A stretch of 64,000 nt of DNA from Azolla caroliniana (taxonomy: Eukaryota > Plantae > Polypodiophyta). A model generated the notes under the pieces. The model saw nothing but the letters and a program-made list of their open reading frames with translations, searched no databases and was not told the origin of the DNA. A program made the position numbers and the translations under genes. The stretch is from positions 25,866,296-25,930,295 of the forward strand of contig JBHGNT010000004.1 of the NCBI GenBank assembly GCA_043228905.1. Reading direction: 5' to 3'. Below are positions 24,456 through 36,036 of this stretch, one piece after another; position 1 is the stretch's first letter; the number at the start of each line of letters is the position of its first letter.

Positions 24456-27400
24456 ATGAAAAAGAATCGCCCTACAGAGTCTATGAAGCCTCCATCGCTC
24501 GGATTGTTGCCCCCTCCCTATTCGAAGAATGCCTCTGCTGCGCAGGTAGGGTTTTACATTGCCGTGTAGGGTTAAGATTAGGGTTCTCGTTTTTCTTCTT
24601 CTAGGATTAGGAATTAATTAAGTTTTTGCATTGATGTCTTTGTAGGATTAGAGAGAGGCAATTGCTCTAGGATCGGGGTTTTGCATTACTGCTGTTTTGG
24701 GTTTAGGAATAGGGTTAAGTCTTTGCATTACGGTTGTTTTAGGATTAGGGTTTTGCATTAATGTTGGTTTAGGATTAGGGTTGTGCATTGTGTTGCATTA
24801 CCTTTCCCTGCAAGGAACACATTTAAAACCCTTGTGGTGCTTTTTCTGTAAGTTCCCCAGGAAGGGAAGAAGTTGTCTGCGCGGAGCCGAGGCTCGTCAA
24901 GTGTGCCGGCCAGCAATTGCAGCACTTCATCTATTTCTCGCATCTCTTCATCAAACAAAATGCATACCGACACAGAGCAAGCATCAACGAGCAGAAGTGA
25001 GAAAGTTGGGCAGGAGGGAGATGATGGTTTAGGGTCCGCTGGGAAGAAAAGAAGGAAGAAAAAGTGGTCAGATGACGTTAGGGTTGATCTGTCTTGCTGT
25101 AAGTATGAGGTTTTGCGGATTGCGATCCAGAAAATGGGATGGCAGGAGGCTGTGGATGACAAGGGGTGGCATGTCTTCTGGACGGGTATTCTCTTCTTCC
25201 ACTTCAGATAATGTTTATCCTTGTCTATGATGAGAACCATTCTTAAGATAACGAGAACCATTTGCTATGGCCTTGTAAGCTGTTTGATGCCAAACATTTT
25301 CACATATCAATAGACCATGACTGTTTACTCTGGTTTGATACCATCTATCCGAGGCATCAATAGGCTATGGATTGGTAAGCATGTTTGATTCTAGGGCCTT
25401 GTAAGCAGTATGTGGCCATTAGGCTTCTGAGCTTGTACGATGCTATATTTGGACATCAATAGGCTATTCTATTGTAAGCTTGGTTGATGCCATAATGACA
25501 TATCCATAGGCTATACCATTTCAACTTGCAAGATTGTTTCATGTCATCATATTGGCACATCAATAGGCTACCGCATTCCAAGACAGTTTCATGCCATATT
25601 GGCACACAAATAGGATACAACCTATACACCTTCTTGGTTTTCAGAGACACACCAATAGGCAATGGACTTGTTGGAGATCTGGCGGTGCACATTTTCTGCT
25701 CTTAGTGGACAATCAATGATCTATGGCTTTTCAAAATTCTTTCGTGCAATACATTTGGCAAACAATAGGCCATAGTCTCTTAGACTCTCTGGATATAGCT
25801 GTGTAATCATGTATGGTGCACTCTCTGCTCTAGTAGACACATAAGTAGACTATATTCTTGTAAGCAGTCTGGCTGTTACCATTTTACATATTGTGGTGCC
25901 ATATCTTTTTGATTATTGACCTTGTAAGCAGCCTGGAAATCATATATATAAGGTTGTTTGATGCTATGCATTTCTTTCTTTTTCTTAATAGACACATCAA
26001 TAGGGCCAGAAAGATTGATGACCTTAAGGCGGGGACAGAAGGTCAATCATTTTCTCGGTATGCTTCAAATCTGCCGTAAAAAATCTCTTGCACGACATCT
26101 CTCAAACATGCGCCGGTAAGTTAATTTCTCTAACGAACTTTTTGTACTCAGTTTTTTTTCACATCTAGAATTTTTAAGCTCTATATAATCAGCAAAGGCT
26201 TGTGCAACTAGGATCTTCCCTGCAGAGTATAAGTTCTTTCCACGGGCTTTTATCCTCCCCAACCACATCCAAGATCTTGTTATGAGGCTCAATACTGATA
26301 GGATACGAACATACATTCTCAAACCGGACAATGGATGCCAGGTACCTTGGCATGCAAAAAACGTGGTTAATTTGCTTGGCCTTTCACATAATTCCTCCGT
26401 TTGCATTTTTCATATAGTTTTTGAATGATCTTGTAGGGTCGTGGAGTGGTGCTAGTACAAAATGTGGCTGACTTGAAACAAGCCATCGGAGGAATGGCTG
26501 GTTCAAATATGCTTGCACAGAAATATCTGACAAACCCAATGCTGCTCAATGGATTCAAGTTTGATCTGCGCATTTATGTGTTGATTCTATCATGCGATCC
26601 TCTGAGGCTCTTTCTTTACAGGCATCTCTCTCTCTCTCTCTCACTCACACACTCTCTATAGTTTATATCAAAAGCTTATATCATGTATCTGATGGGGGCT
26701 GTAACTTTCTGATCTCATAAGTCCTTTGGCAGATGTTAATGCTGCACTTCATTCCGTCTCTCTAATATACTCCTCATTAATGTACTATGACAGCTCATTC
26801 TGGAGATTTCCTTTTTGTGTTCATATGTTCAGTTTGATTTGCTAGTGTTCTGTGGTACAATTTATATCGCATCTTCAAAGTTGTCATGATGTTCATGATT
26901 GGATGGACAGGGAAGGGCTCGTCCGATTTTGCACGGAGAAGTACATGAAGCCAGAGAAAGCTAATTTGAAGCGAAGTTGCATGCACTTAACAAACTATGC
27001 GGTAAACAAAAATAATACAAAATTTGAGTTCAATTCAAGCTCGTCAGAGACAGACAAAGGAAGCAAGTGGACATTAAGTTCATTATTTAAAGCATTGGCC
27101 GCAAAAGGGTATGATATTGGAAGGCTCAAAAGGCAGATGCGCAAAATGGTTGTGATGACAATCATATCCATTGTTCCCCATCTGATTCATAACTATAGGA
27201 ACTGTTTAAACGAGGATGACAATGGAAGATCATGCTTTGAGTTACTTGGGATGGATGTTTTACTTGATGAAAAATGCAGGCCATGGCTCCTGGAGGTATG
27301 CAGCCTCATCTTATTAGTTATATTTGCTTCTTGTTCATATATTTGAGTATAACCTCCATGTGGTAAAGCTCATCAAGCTTGTCATTTCTATGTTTTGCTT

Positions 27401-28927
27401 GTGAAGGAAAACCATCTGATTTCAGATTTTCTCATTTAGAATCTTGATGCACTTTTTGGAGTGGTAAAAATTGACTTTGTGAAGGAACTATATGTGTATT
27501 AAACTTCTTAAAATGTATTTTCTAGGACCTACATGATAAACAGTTGTAAAAAATAACTTTTGATGAGCATCCACAAGTAAATTTAGCACAATGTATTGAA
27601 TGCTGAGACACATAACCAACTCAGTTATTATGCTCTACAGGTCAATCATTCTCCTTCGTTTGCGATTGACACACCCCTAGATTTCAAAGTCAAGGAGTCT
27701 TTGCTAAGCGACACTCTCAGGTTACTCAACGTGGACCCTTCAGGTGTCTCAAGGTACAAGCTCCAAGATAAGAAAGGGTCCAAATTGCGCTTATATGGTG
27801 TTCGTCAGAGTAAGGATGACCTAGAAGAGTCATCTCTAAATGCCCCAAGTCACCAAAATAGTAAAATCACTGAATATGATGAATTCGAACGCAAGAACCT
27901 CGGGAATTATGATCGTATATATCCTCCAGATGATCCACATTTGCAGAAAGCCTATGATATATTTTTGGCAGGCGCAGAGGATATTTTCAAGCAGTCATTT
28001 GACATGAAAGTGAAGAGTGCAATTCTCAAAGCCCAAGAGCATCGAAAGAGGGAGGAGATGGAGAAGGAGGCAGCGGAGAAGAAGAAGCAGAAGAAGCTGC
28101 AGAACATGAGAAAGAAAGCTCAGGAAGCTGCGCAACTAGCTGCGTTGTCCCAAAAACAAAGGATTTCCTTGGCAACCAGTAGTGTGGATTTGTCTGATAT
28201 CAAAGAAGCCCTCATCCTTGACATGGCTAGTCCGCGCTCTAGTGTGGAGACACCTACAGGTTGGGAAAGGGCCTTTAATACATTAAATACCGTGCCAGAG
28301 AGCAGAGGACTAGCTCAACATGCCGAAGCTAAACCTATTCATATTGCCGCAAAAAGGGGAGCTTTAGAGGTAATTAAAAGTAATTTGCAGCACGAAGCTT
28401 CGACAAACTCTATGGGGAGAAATTTTATGTCAGATACTGGCACAAGTGGGGACTTTGATTCTGGGTCGATGCCAGTCCAGCTATCTGTTCAATGTAATCG
28501 TAACCCTAATAATGACATTCCCACAATTTGCTCCCCGAGAGTTTCTTCTCTGCCTTGCATTGTACCTCATTCAGTATACCGACATCGTACTTGGAAGTCT
28601 TCCTATTCTCAAGTTTTGCACCATGGCAAGAAACAACTTGTTTCAGAGAATGTCCCAGCTCAACCACACTTCTCTTCGAGGACATTGCTGGAGCTCAGAA
28701 GAGAGAACTTGGCTAAAAGGAATGCCTCTTTTGTGAGTGCCACAGATTGTCATGGATTAAAATCTCCATTTCACTTTTCTAATGCTTTCTTAGCTGAGGG
28801 CAGAGATTTGTTTGCATGTGATGACGGATACCCATCTCCTTTTCGAGCTCTGAGCATGAGTGCGAACGTTAGGGGTGGCTTGAAGAGCAATGGACGGATG
28901 TGGCCGAGGCATGCCGGGAGTAAATAA
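24456..28927 (+). CDS. Tubulin polyglutamylase, TTLL6/TTLL13-like (~841 aa, 7 exons)
   Basis: Exons 24456-24545, 24861-25185, 25992-26115, 26212-26341, 26437-26621, 26911-27295 and 27641-28927 join in frame (2526 nt). TTL motifs include FWTD, KVNHFLGMLQICRK, YILKPDNGCQGRG, QKYLTNP..KFDLRIYVL, EGLVRFCT, MHLTNYAVNK, GSKW, FELLGMDVLLD and PWLLEVNHSPSF. Confidence 0.93.
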
Positions 28928-30866
28928 AAGAATTTTCATTGAAATGGAAGTTGGAGAAGTGGGCTTTAGCCTTTGATCCAAGTTGGTCAATATCAATGAT
29001 CTGTTTTTGGTGCTCAAGGTGATACTGCGGTCATTAATGCTAGGAGTTATTCAAGAATGGGGCTGGGTTCTTACATTTGAAACCATTGGATTGCGATTGT
29101 ATAAAGGAATGGCACATTGCCCTGATGTTTTGGAATGTCAATCTCCGGGGTCTCCCCTCATCTACCCTTAATACCTTTCCATCATGCATTGCTTGTGAAA
29201 TTGGCACATGTAGATACAAAAAACGCATGTCTGTACAAGGAAATTTATTGAGGAGGTATGTATACATGTAGGTGAACACCCATTATTTATGGGACTTCCA
29301 AATTTATGCTCCAAGTTATACATAAAATGTACATGTAAATGGTTACTCTAGATTGTAAATTCAATAATTTAAATGTAATATTCTGGGTATTTTATCTTTC
29401 AAATTTATATGAAGTCTGGAGTCAAAACAATGTATGCTAGAGAACTGCGAGAAGTCTCTATTATTGTATTTATAATAGAAGGGTGTGAAAAGATGCTCAT
29501 TCACTACATATGCATGTGACATGGGCTTAGTCAATCAAAGGTACAGCTTTAGATCCTGGTGTTGAGTGAGATTTTGTCTCTTAACTTATCAGTACCTATG
29601 ACATATGAAAGGTGATTGTGTAGGCTATAACACAAATTACTACATATGGTACAACTAATGATATACTATGGAACGAGTTGTGAAAGTGAAGAAGTGCATG
29701 CCTTTGTGGTATAAAATTAAATGTGAGAACCATGTGTTTTTGATATATCAAAGAGGTTGATGATTGAGGTTATGCATTTGACACTAATCTTTCTTGATTG
29801 AGTCACATCCATGAGCTTTAAGAACAAACCATCTTGGGCTTTTGCTTAAGTAGTGATTCTTTCCTTAATGATTCTTTTGTAGTAAAATGTTTTTTATGAT
29901 CCTTTGTAACATTGCCAAACTCTGTGTAACATATGTACACCTACTTATTTTGTGCCTTCATTTGTAATGCAAGGATGTGTTCACTTGTAGAGGTCTCCTA
30001 AATCTTACTTGGAAAGTTATGCTTCTAGCATGCTCCATAATGATTTCCAAGGGTAGCCCATTATGATAGTTTGATGGTTGCCCAATTGGAAGGGGTCTAT
30101 CTCTTGGCTATGGAGTAATAGCTAAGTGAAACTATCAAATTTCAAGCAACCTAATCAGAGTATGATGCAACCTGGCTAGGTAAATCTAATTTGATCTAAT
30201 TATACCTACATCATAAATTAATTAGCTTGATCTGAAGTTGGTTTCACCATAGTTAGCTCAATGTGATTGGCTTGTATGACAATTGAATAAAGTTTGTAAA
30301 ATTGCATTGGATCATCGTTATGTTTTCTGGTTGCACTTCACGTTTCAAGTAGTAACCGAAAATTTCATTCAAAATATAATGTGGTATTACATGGTGTATA
30401 CAGACGAGATGTCTCATATGTACAGGGATCACATCCTCATGAATTACACTGATCAAGTCTCTGAGACTTCGAGTTGGTTACAATGATGTTGATAGCTTCC
30501 CTAATGTCAGGGATATGCAGCCTTTCCTAATCTATTTTAACTTCCTACTTCTCTTTGTATTGTTCTTGCCTTTTTTGTCATCTTTTTTGTCATTCTTTCC
30601 TCCATTGGTTTCATTTAATTTCAATAAAGGTTGCTTGGGACTTTGTATGACACCACCCTTGCGGCCTTTTGTTGGTTGTTTGTCCTTGAGTTGCTTCTGT
30701 TCATCCAACAAGTGTGCTTTCAAAATATAATTATTATTAATACAAGCAATAATATATGTGGTATTAAAGGCTGTTACATACTAAGACAGGTCCAAACACA
30801 AAAGTTATATATAACATCAAAGTTTTCCATTACAAACATTACTAAACGTAATTTATATGCCTATTT

Positions 30867-33800
30867 TTATACCTCAAAGGCGATAGCTCGGGCAGTGGCA
30901 CAATCTTCTTGCAAGCTGGAGATGGTGTGTGTTAGAGAAGCATTTTGCTTGCAAACATGGGCCAAGAGTTCAGCTGTGGACATGTGGCCACTTGTAGCTG
31001 ATTGCAACAAATGTCGATTATGGCCTGACAAACCCTTGAGATCAAGAAGCTCGTCCCAACGTGGGCGTGGTGTTAATTGACCGAAACTGTCAATCTGCGC
31101 TGCACCTTCAGTTTCTAAATCTTTCAAGGTTTTCTTTAAGTCCATCACCTTTGCCTTTTCAGCTTCTAGTTCTTTATTTGGAACTCTGGAATAAGGGTTT
31201 TATCCATGTATATAAATCACTAGTGATTGTTAATACCTTTCTGCAGGAAAAATTTAGGATAAGTGATATGAATTTGTTCGTTACAAGATAGACCTGTCCG
31301 AAGCTTCATGTCGCAGTACGTCCATCAGTGCACGAGCTTCTTGCAAGTTTTGTTGGGTGATATTGTAATTCTCTTCAAGCTTCGCATGTCGCTCATGCCT
31401 TGCCATCTGCGAAAGAGTTAAAACAATATCAAAGAGTTAAAACAATATCAAGGGTGTTGTTGGCTAAGTGGTTGATCCCTTGCCCTAAAATCTATAGGTC
31501 AAGACTTCAACTCTTGCATCTCTGAGGACCCCAAGGACTTGCATCTCAGATTCCAGAAAAAGTTAGCTTATTTTTATCTAGTATTCTTCCTTATTTCATA
31601 AAAGCTAAAATTTTGAAGTGGATTGACCACTCTACCTGATCACATTGTATCTGATGAGCTAGGATCTGGTCCATTCTTGCTTTTTGCAATTTAATTTTTA
31701 ACTTCTGCACCTCTTCTTGCAAAGTCCTTACCTTACAAAGCAGTCATACACATGAACATCCTATTTATGTGCAATCATAATCATCATCCATTATAAAAAA
31801 AACACTCTTTCAAATTCAGTGTCAAATAGTTCAGGTTCCACATTTTGGACATCATATATACCTTGATGCCCATTTGAGTATTTTTTTTGTTTTAATGTCA
31901 GCAATGCATTATAAGTAAAAAAAAAGCTAAGAGTTTTGAGAAGAAAAAAGAATACCTCAGAAATAGTAGTTTCAAGAGATACAACAACTGTAGTCAGCTT
32001 TCTTTCCATATCTCTCGCAGTTTCTTTGGTTGTTAGGTCATCCATTAATTCCTACTTCATCAAGTGTATAAAGAGGAGATACAATTAGTAAACTAAGATA
32101 AAAGATTATCAATTCGTACATCATCAAGTGCATAAAGAGGAGATACAATTAGTAGACTGATATATAACAAATGTTTCATGATAAGAGTATTTAAGGGAAG
32201 AAAAACATCTATAATACCTTGATCTCGTTTTTAACATTTAAAATTTCAGCTTGACGAGATAGAATTTCAACTTTTATGCTGTCTTTTTCACTTGCAATCT
32301 CTAATTTACGGTCCTGTAGCTTGCCAACCAACTCAAAATATGGCACCTAAAAAAACATTGATCAACATACACATGTTCAATCTCAATTTTCATGCATGGT
32401 GATGCAAAAGTAAAAAATATTTAACTTCTTTCCTCAAGTCTCAATGTGGAAGGGGGTATATGCAGCTCTTACACGTTGAAAAGTCGATTCTCCATGCTTG
32501 ACAGAGACATTGGTACTATATACAGATTTGTCAAGCTCTTGGTGGATATTTGAAAGCACTTGGGCAAAAGGAGTCTTCTGCTTTGACAGCTCTCCAAACA
32601 GCTGAAACCAAAAGTAAAGAAAAGATACAAACGATCAGTTGTATTACAGTCAATAGAAACAAGAAGATTATTCATTGCAAATTGTGGTGCCTTTGTTCAA
32701 TGTGACCCTCTCTCTCTCTGTCATATAGTGCTCACAAAGCAAATGGCCAACTCAGAGTTTCCTCCCACCAACTATAGAGAAGTAGGATGACTGCTTTGCA
32801 TACCTAGAGCTGAAAGAAATTGCAAATTATTTGAAGGAGAGATCAAAAGCGAGGAACATTTTGTGTACGAGCCCAGCTTAAAAGCACATCAGAAAGAAGC
32901 CTTTCACCCTCTACTGCAATTCCATAACAATTGAAAAATGATGGAGAAGGCTGACCCATGACACATTTGGCCAAATCTTGCCCAAGCTTCAAATAAATAG
33001 GAATCAACACTTCATTACCAGCTGGAATGGACCGGCAATCGGACGTTATTGATTTCTTCCATAGCTCCACAACTCGACTGACAACATGCCATGGAATCAC
33101 CATAAAGCGAGCACAGTACTGCCAACCACAATGTAGACTGCAAGACTAGAATAGAAGTCACATGGGTCATACCATCACCAGATTGCAAAGTTCATTGCTT
33201 GCTATTTTTGATCCACATGAGGACACCCAAATGCAGTTGCTGAACATTTTCACAGCCTTGTTCCACTGCAATAACCAACCTTGGATACGATGTCCAATCA
33301 TCACTACTCGACCCATATATATTAGTTACGTACTTCATGATTGTATACAATCTCCAGAATCATTTCTCATGCGCGCTAAAATCATGATCATAGAGCTTTT
33401 ATTTTTGTTTCAGCATGGATAACAATAATTCACCCATATTTGTAATCATGATTAGTCTCATAAGTCGACTATAAGCTCTAGTAGATGTTAATCTCTCAAT
33501 CTCTCTTTTGTGTTACAAGGTCTTGACCAAAAAATTCAAAAGGGGGTTATAATAGATCTGGTAATTGTAACGTTCTGCTCTTCATCAAGAAACAAGGACA
33601 TGGGCCTCTGGGCCTCATCTTTCAGTCTCTTATTACTGTCAGAAATGGGCAAAAGCTTTGTTAGTTTCTGCTCTGTTGTTTCTTGTGGCCGGGTTGATTT
33701 TTGCTCCACGTCAATGAAAGGCAGAAGATCCAGTTCAACTAACAAGCTTCTCTGGTACCTTAGTCAGTTTTATTAATCTAGGTAAATTTATTGAGGTCTC

Positions 33801-35129
33801 TGTTTCTCAAATATGAGAAACCATTTAAAGATGTAATCTCTTGTTAAGTTTCATAGGCAATTGATGAGTTGTGACAAAAGGTTAAAGATGTGTAAAACAA
33901 GGAGGCATCTAAGAAGTTACTTTTCGGAGAGCAATTATCATGCTTTTGTCATACACAGATGATTTGGGATATTATATTCATTTAGATGAAGAAATAAGGT
34001 CAGACAAAGAATATTTATAGGTGGAATTAACTTGCATGAGAGCAGATCTCACACTCATACTTACTGTACATCAAATTACTGGAAACAAAGTTAAAAAGAT
34101 CACGATCATTCCTTTTAGTAAGCAAAACAGTGCCAACCAAAGCATGCAACACAGATGTACACACACATTCATACACATACATGTGTGTGTCTGCGCGTGC
34201 ATTTATGTATGTGTGCATACGTAAGTAAAAGAAGAAATGCATATGCATAGAATTACCTTCCAACACACTCTAAAGTCATGCACATCTGGTACTGCAGGAT
34301 CATGGAGTGAATGCTTATGCCTACTCAACATTTCAGCCAACTTTACCTTAAATCCCACCACACATGACAAAAACTGACCTCAGAATCACGATCAAACTGA
34401 AAGAAGCTCACAAAATGGGTTCATATAAAGCTAGTAATTAAATACCTCGAGATAGAGGGTGGACGACTTGAAATGTCCAGGATCAAATGTTTTATGGGAA
34501 TAAAACAAATCTTGAGGCTCGAGAGCCTCAGATTCATCATCAGCCAAGGGCTCCTCTTCCACGATTACATCCTGTTCACACTGGGGAATAGTCACATGAT
34601 TGTAGTGGAATGAAAGGAGCCATTTGCCATTGGCAGGTGGCGGTGGCTTCACATGAGGCGGTTGGATGCACACAATGCGTTCAGCATTCGGGTCATCGGG
34701 GCGCCAGTCTTTGCGGTAGTGCTTCCGCTCTTTGTGGCAAAGGCATTCACGATGCCCTACAACATGATGCTGATGTGGCATAGGTCTTATGGCAGCGGTT
34801 CCACCATGTTCAGGATTGATTTGGTGCTGGTGATGAAGAAGATTGGTGGACGTGTGAGGGAGGAGGTGCATGATAGCAGCATGATACGAGGGGGCATTTC
34901 GGAGGTCATAATCGAGGGTGTTTTTATGTTGGTTGAGGTTGTGATTATGGCTATGGCTATGGCTATGGCTATGGCTATGGCTATGGCTATGGTTATGGTT
35001 GTGTCTGTGGCTGTAATGGCGGGCGCTGCTGGATCCTCCTCCTCCTCCTCCTCCTCCTCCATCGCATGATTCGAGAGCTAAGGAAGAGGAAGAAGAACGA
35101 GGGCTTTGATGCTGATGTAACAGCTTCAT
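30867..35129 (-). CDS. Coiled-coil protein, TSNAXIP1-like (~551 aa, 8 exons), with a His/Gly-rich N-terminus
   Basis: GT-AG exons 35129-34446, 34346-34257, 32601-32473, 32346-32218, 32051-31956, 31731-31636, 31406-31294 and 31185-30867 join in frame (1656 nt). FRVCWKLFGELSKQKTPFAQVLSNIHQELDKSVYS, a long coiled coil and LTPRPRWDEL resemble the TSNAXIP1 family. The gene structure is solid, but the family call is by eye and the 3' end is uncertain. Confidence 0.7.
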
Positions 35130-35437
35130 CCAAGCACTGGCCCCTGCTTCTGTTTCTCTCCTGGCGCATTAGACATGCATTGTACACAGACGGAAAGAGG
35201 GGGGAGGAGGGGAGAAGAAGAAGAAGAAGAAGAAGAAGAGAAAGAAAGAGACAGGAAAACAACAGAGCGAGGGATGAACAGAGTGAGTGATGAATGAAGA
35301 GGCTCGTCGAATAGAGACAGAGAAAAGATGTGACGTTTTGTTTTGTTTTGTTTATTTACATAAAATTACATACAGACAACTCTGCCTTCTCTAATTTATG
35401 AAGATGTATTATGTATACGTAAACGTGTATGTATATG

Positions 35438-36036
35438 TAGCAAATGGCACGGTTCGGTTTCTTTGCCTTTAAACCGAACCGAATCATTTATATAAAACAA
35501 AAACCAAACCATTTATATAAAACCGAGCACGTGTATGTATGTGTAGCAAATGGGGTTCGGTTGCTTTGCCTTGAAACCGAACCGAACCATTTATATAAAT
35601 AAAAAAACCAAACCAAACCAAACCGTTTATGAACTCTCAAGCCATTTAAACTAAACCATTTAAGAAAAGGTAAACCAAACCATTTAGGGAAAAGTTGCAA
35701 ACCGAGCCATTTAATAAAAAATTTAAACCTAACTATTTAAGTCAAACTAATTAAAAATCTAAATAAACAAAAATACATTAAATTTAAAAAACATTTAAGT
35801 TAAATTTATTAAAACAATAAAAAACCATTAATGTGATTTTTTTTTTATTACAAAAAACCTTTAAACCAAACCTTTTTTACCTACAAACCGACAAAGCCGA
35901 GTTTTAGAGCAAAACCGAACCGTTTATTAAAAATTCAAACCAAACCAAACTATTAAAAATTTTTGGAACCAATAAAACTGTTAAAAAATGGATTAAAGGT
36001 TCGATTCGGCTTGAGACGAAACAATGCCCATTGCTA
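35438..36036. mobile_element. Non-autonomous hAT-type element (MITE)
   Basis: Imperfect TIRs TAGCAAATGGC / GCCCATTGCTA, an 8-bp TSD TGTATATG at 35430-35437 and 36037-36044, and many AAACCG subterminal motifs. The left end is duplicated in tandem (~106 bp). Confidence 0.75.

Noticed and set aside
25260-25990. CRISPR-like repeat/spacer pattern
   Set aside because: Eukaryotic intron with short, degenerate and irregularly spaced repeats, and no cas genes.
30253-30456. 67-aa minus ORF as an extra exon of the TSNAXIP1-like gene
   Set aside because: The nearest acceptor puts it in another frame, and resemblance to the family C-terminus is marginal.
31452-31562. Small tRNA-like SINE in an intron (TGGCTAAGTGG...ACTTCAACTC)
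   Set aside because: Single copy, poor B box and no clear TSD.
34653-35290. Overlapping ORFs with MAMAMA, poly-R, poly-E and IAIAIA runs
   Set aside because: These are alternative-frame readings of microsatellites in and upstream of exon 1.
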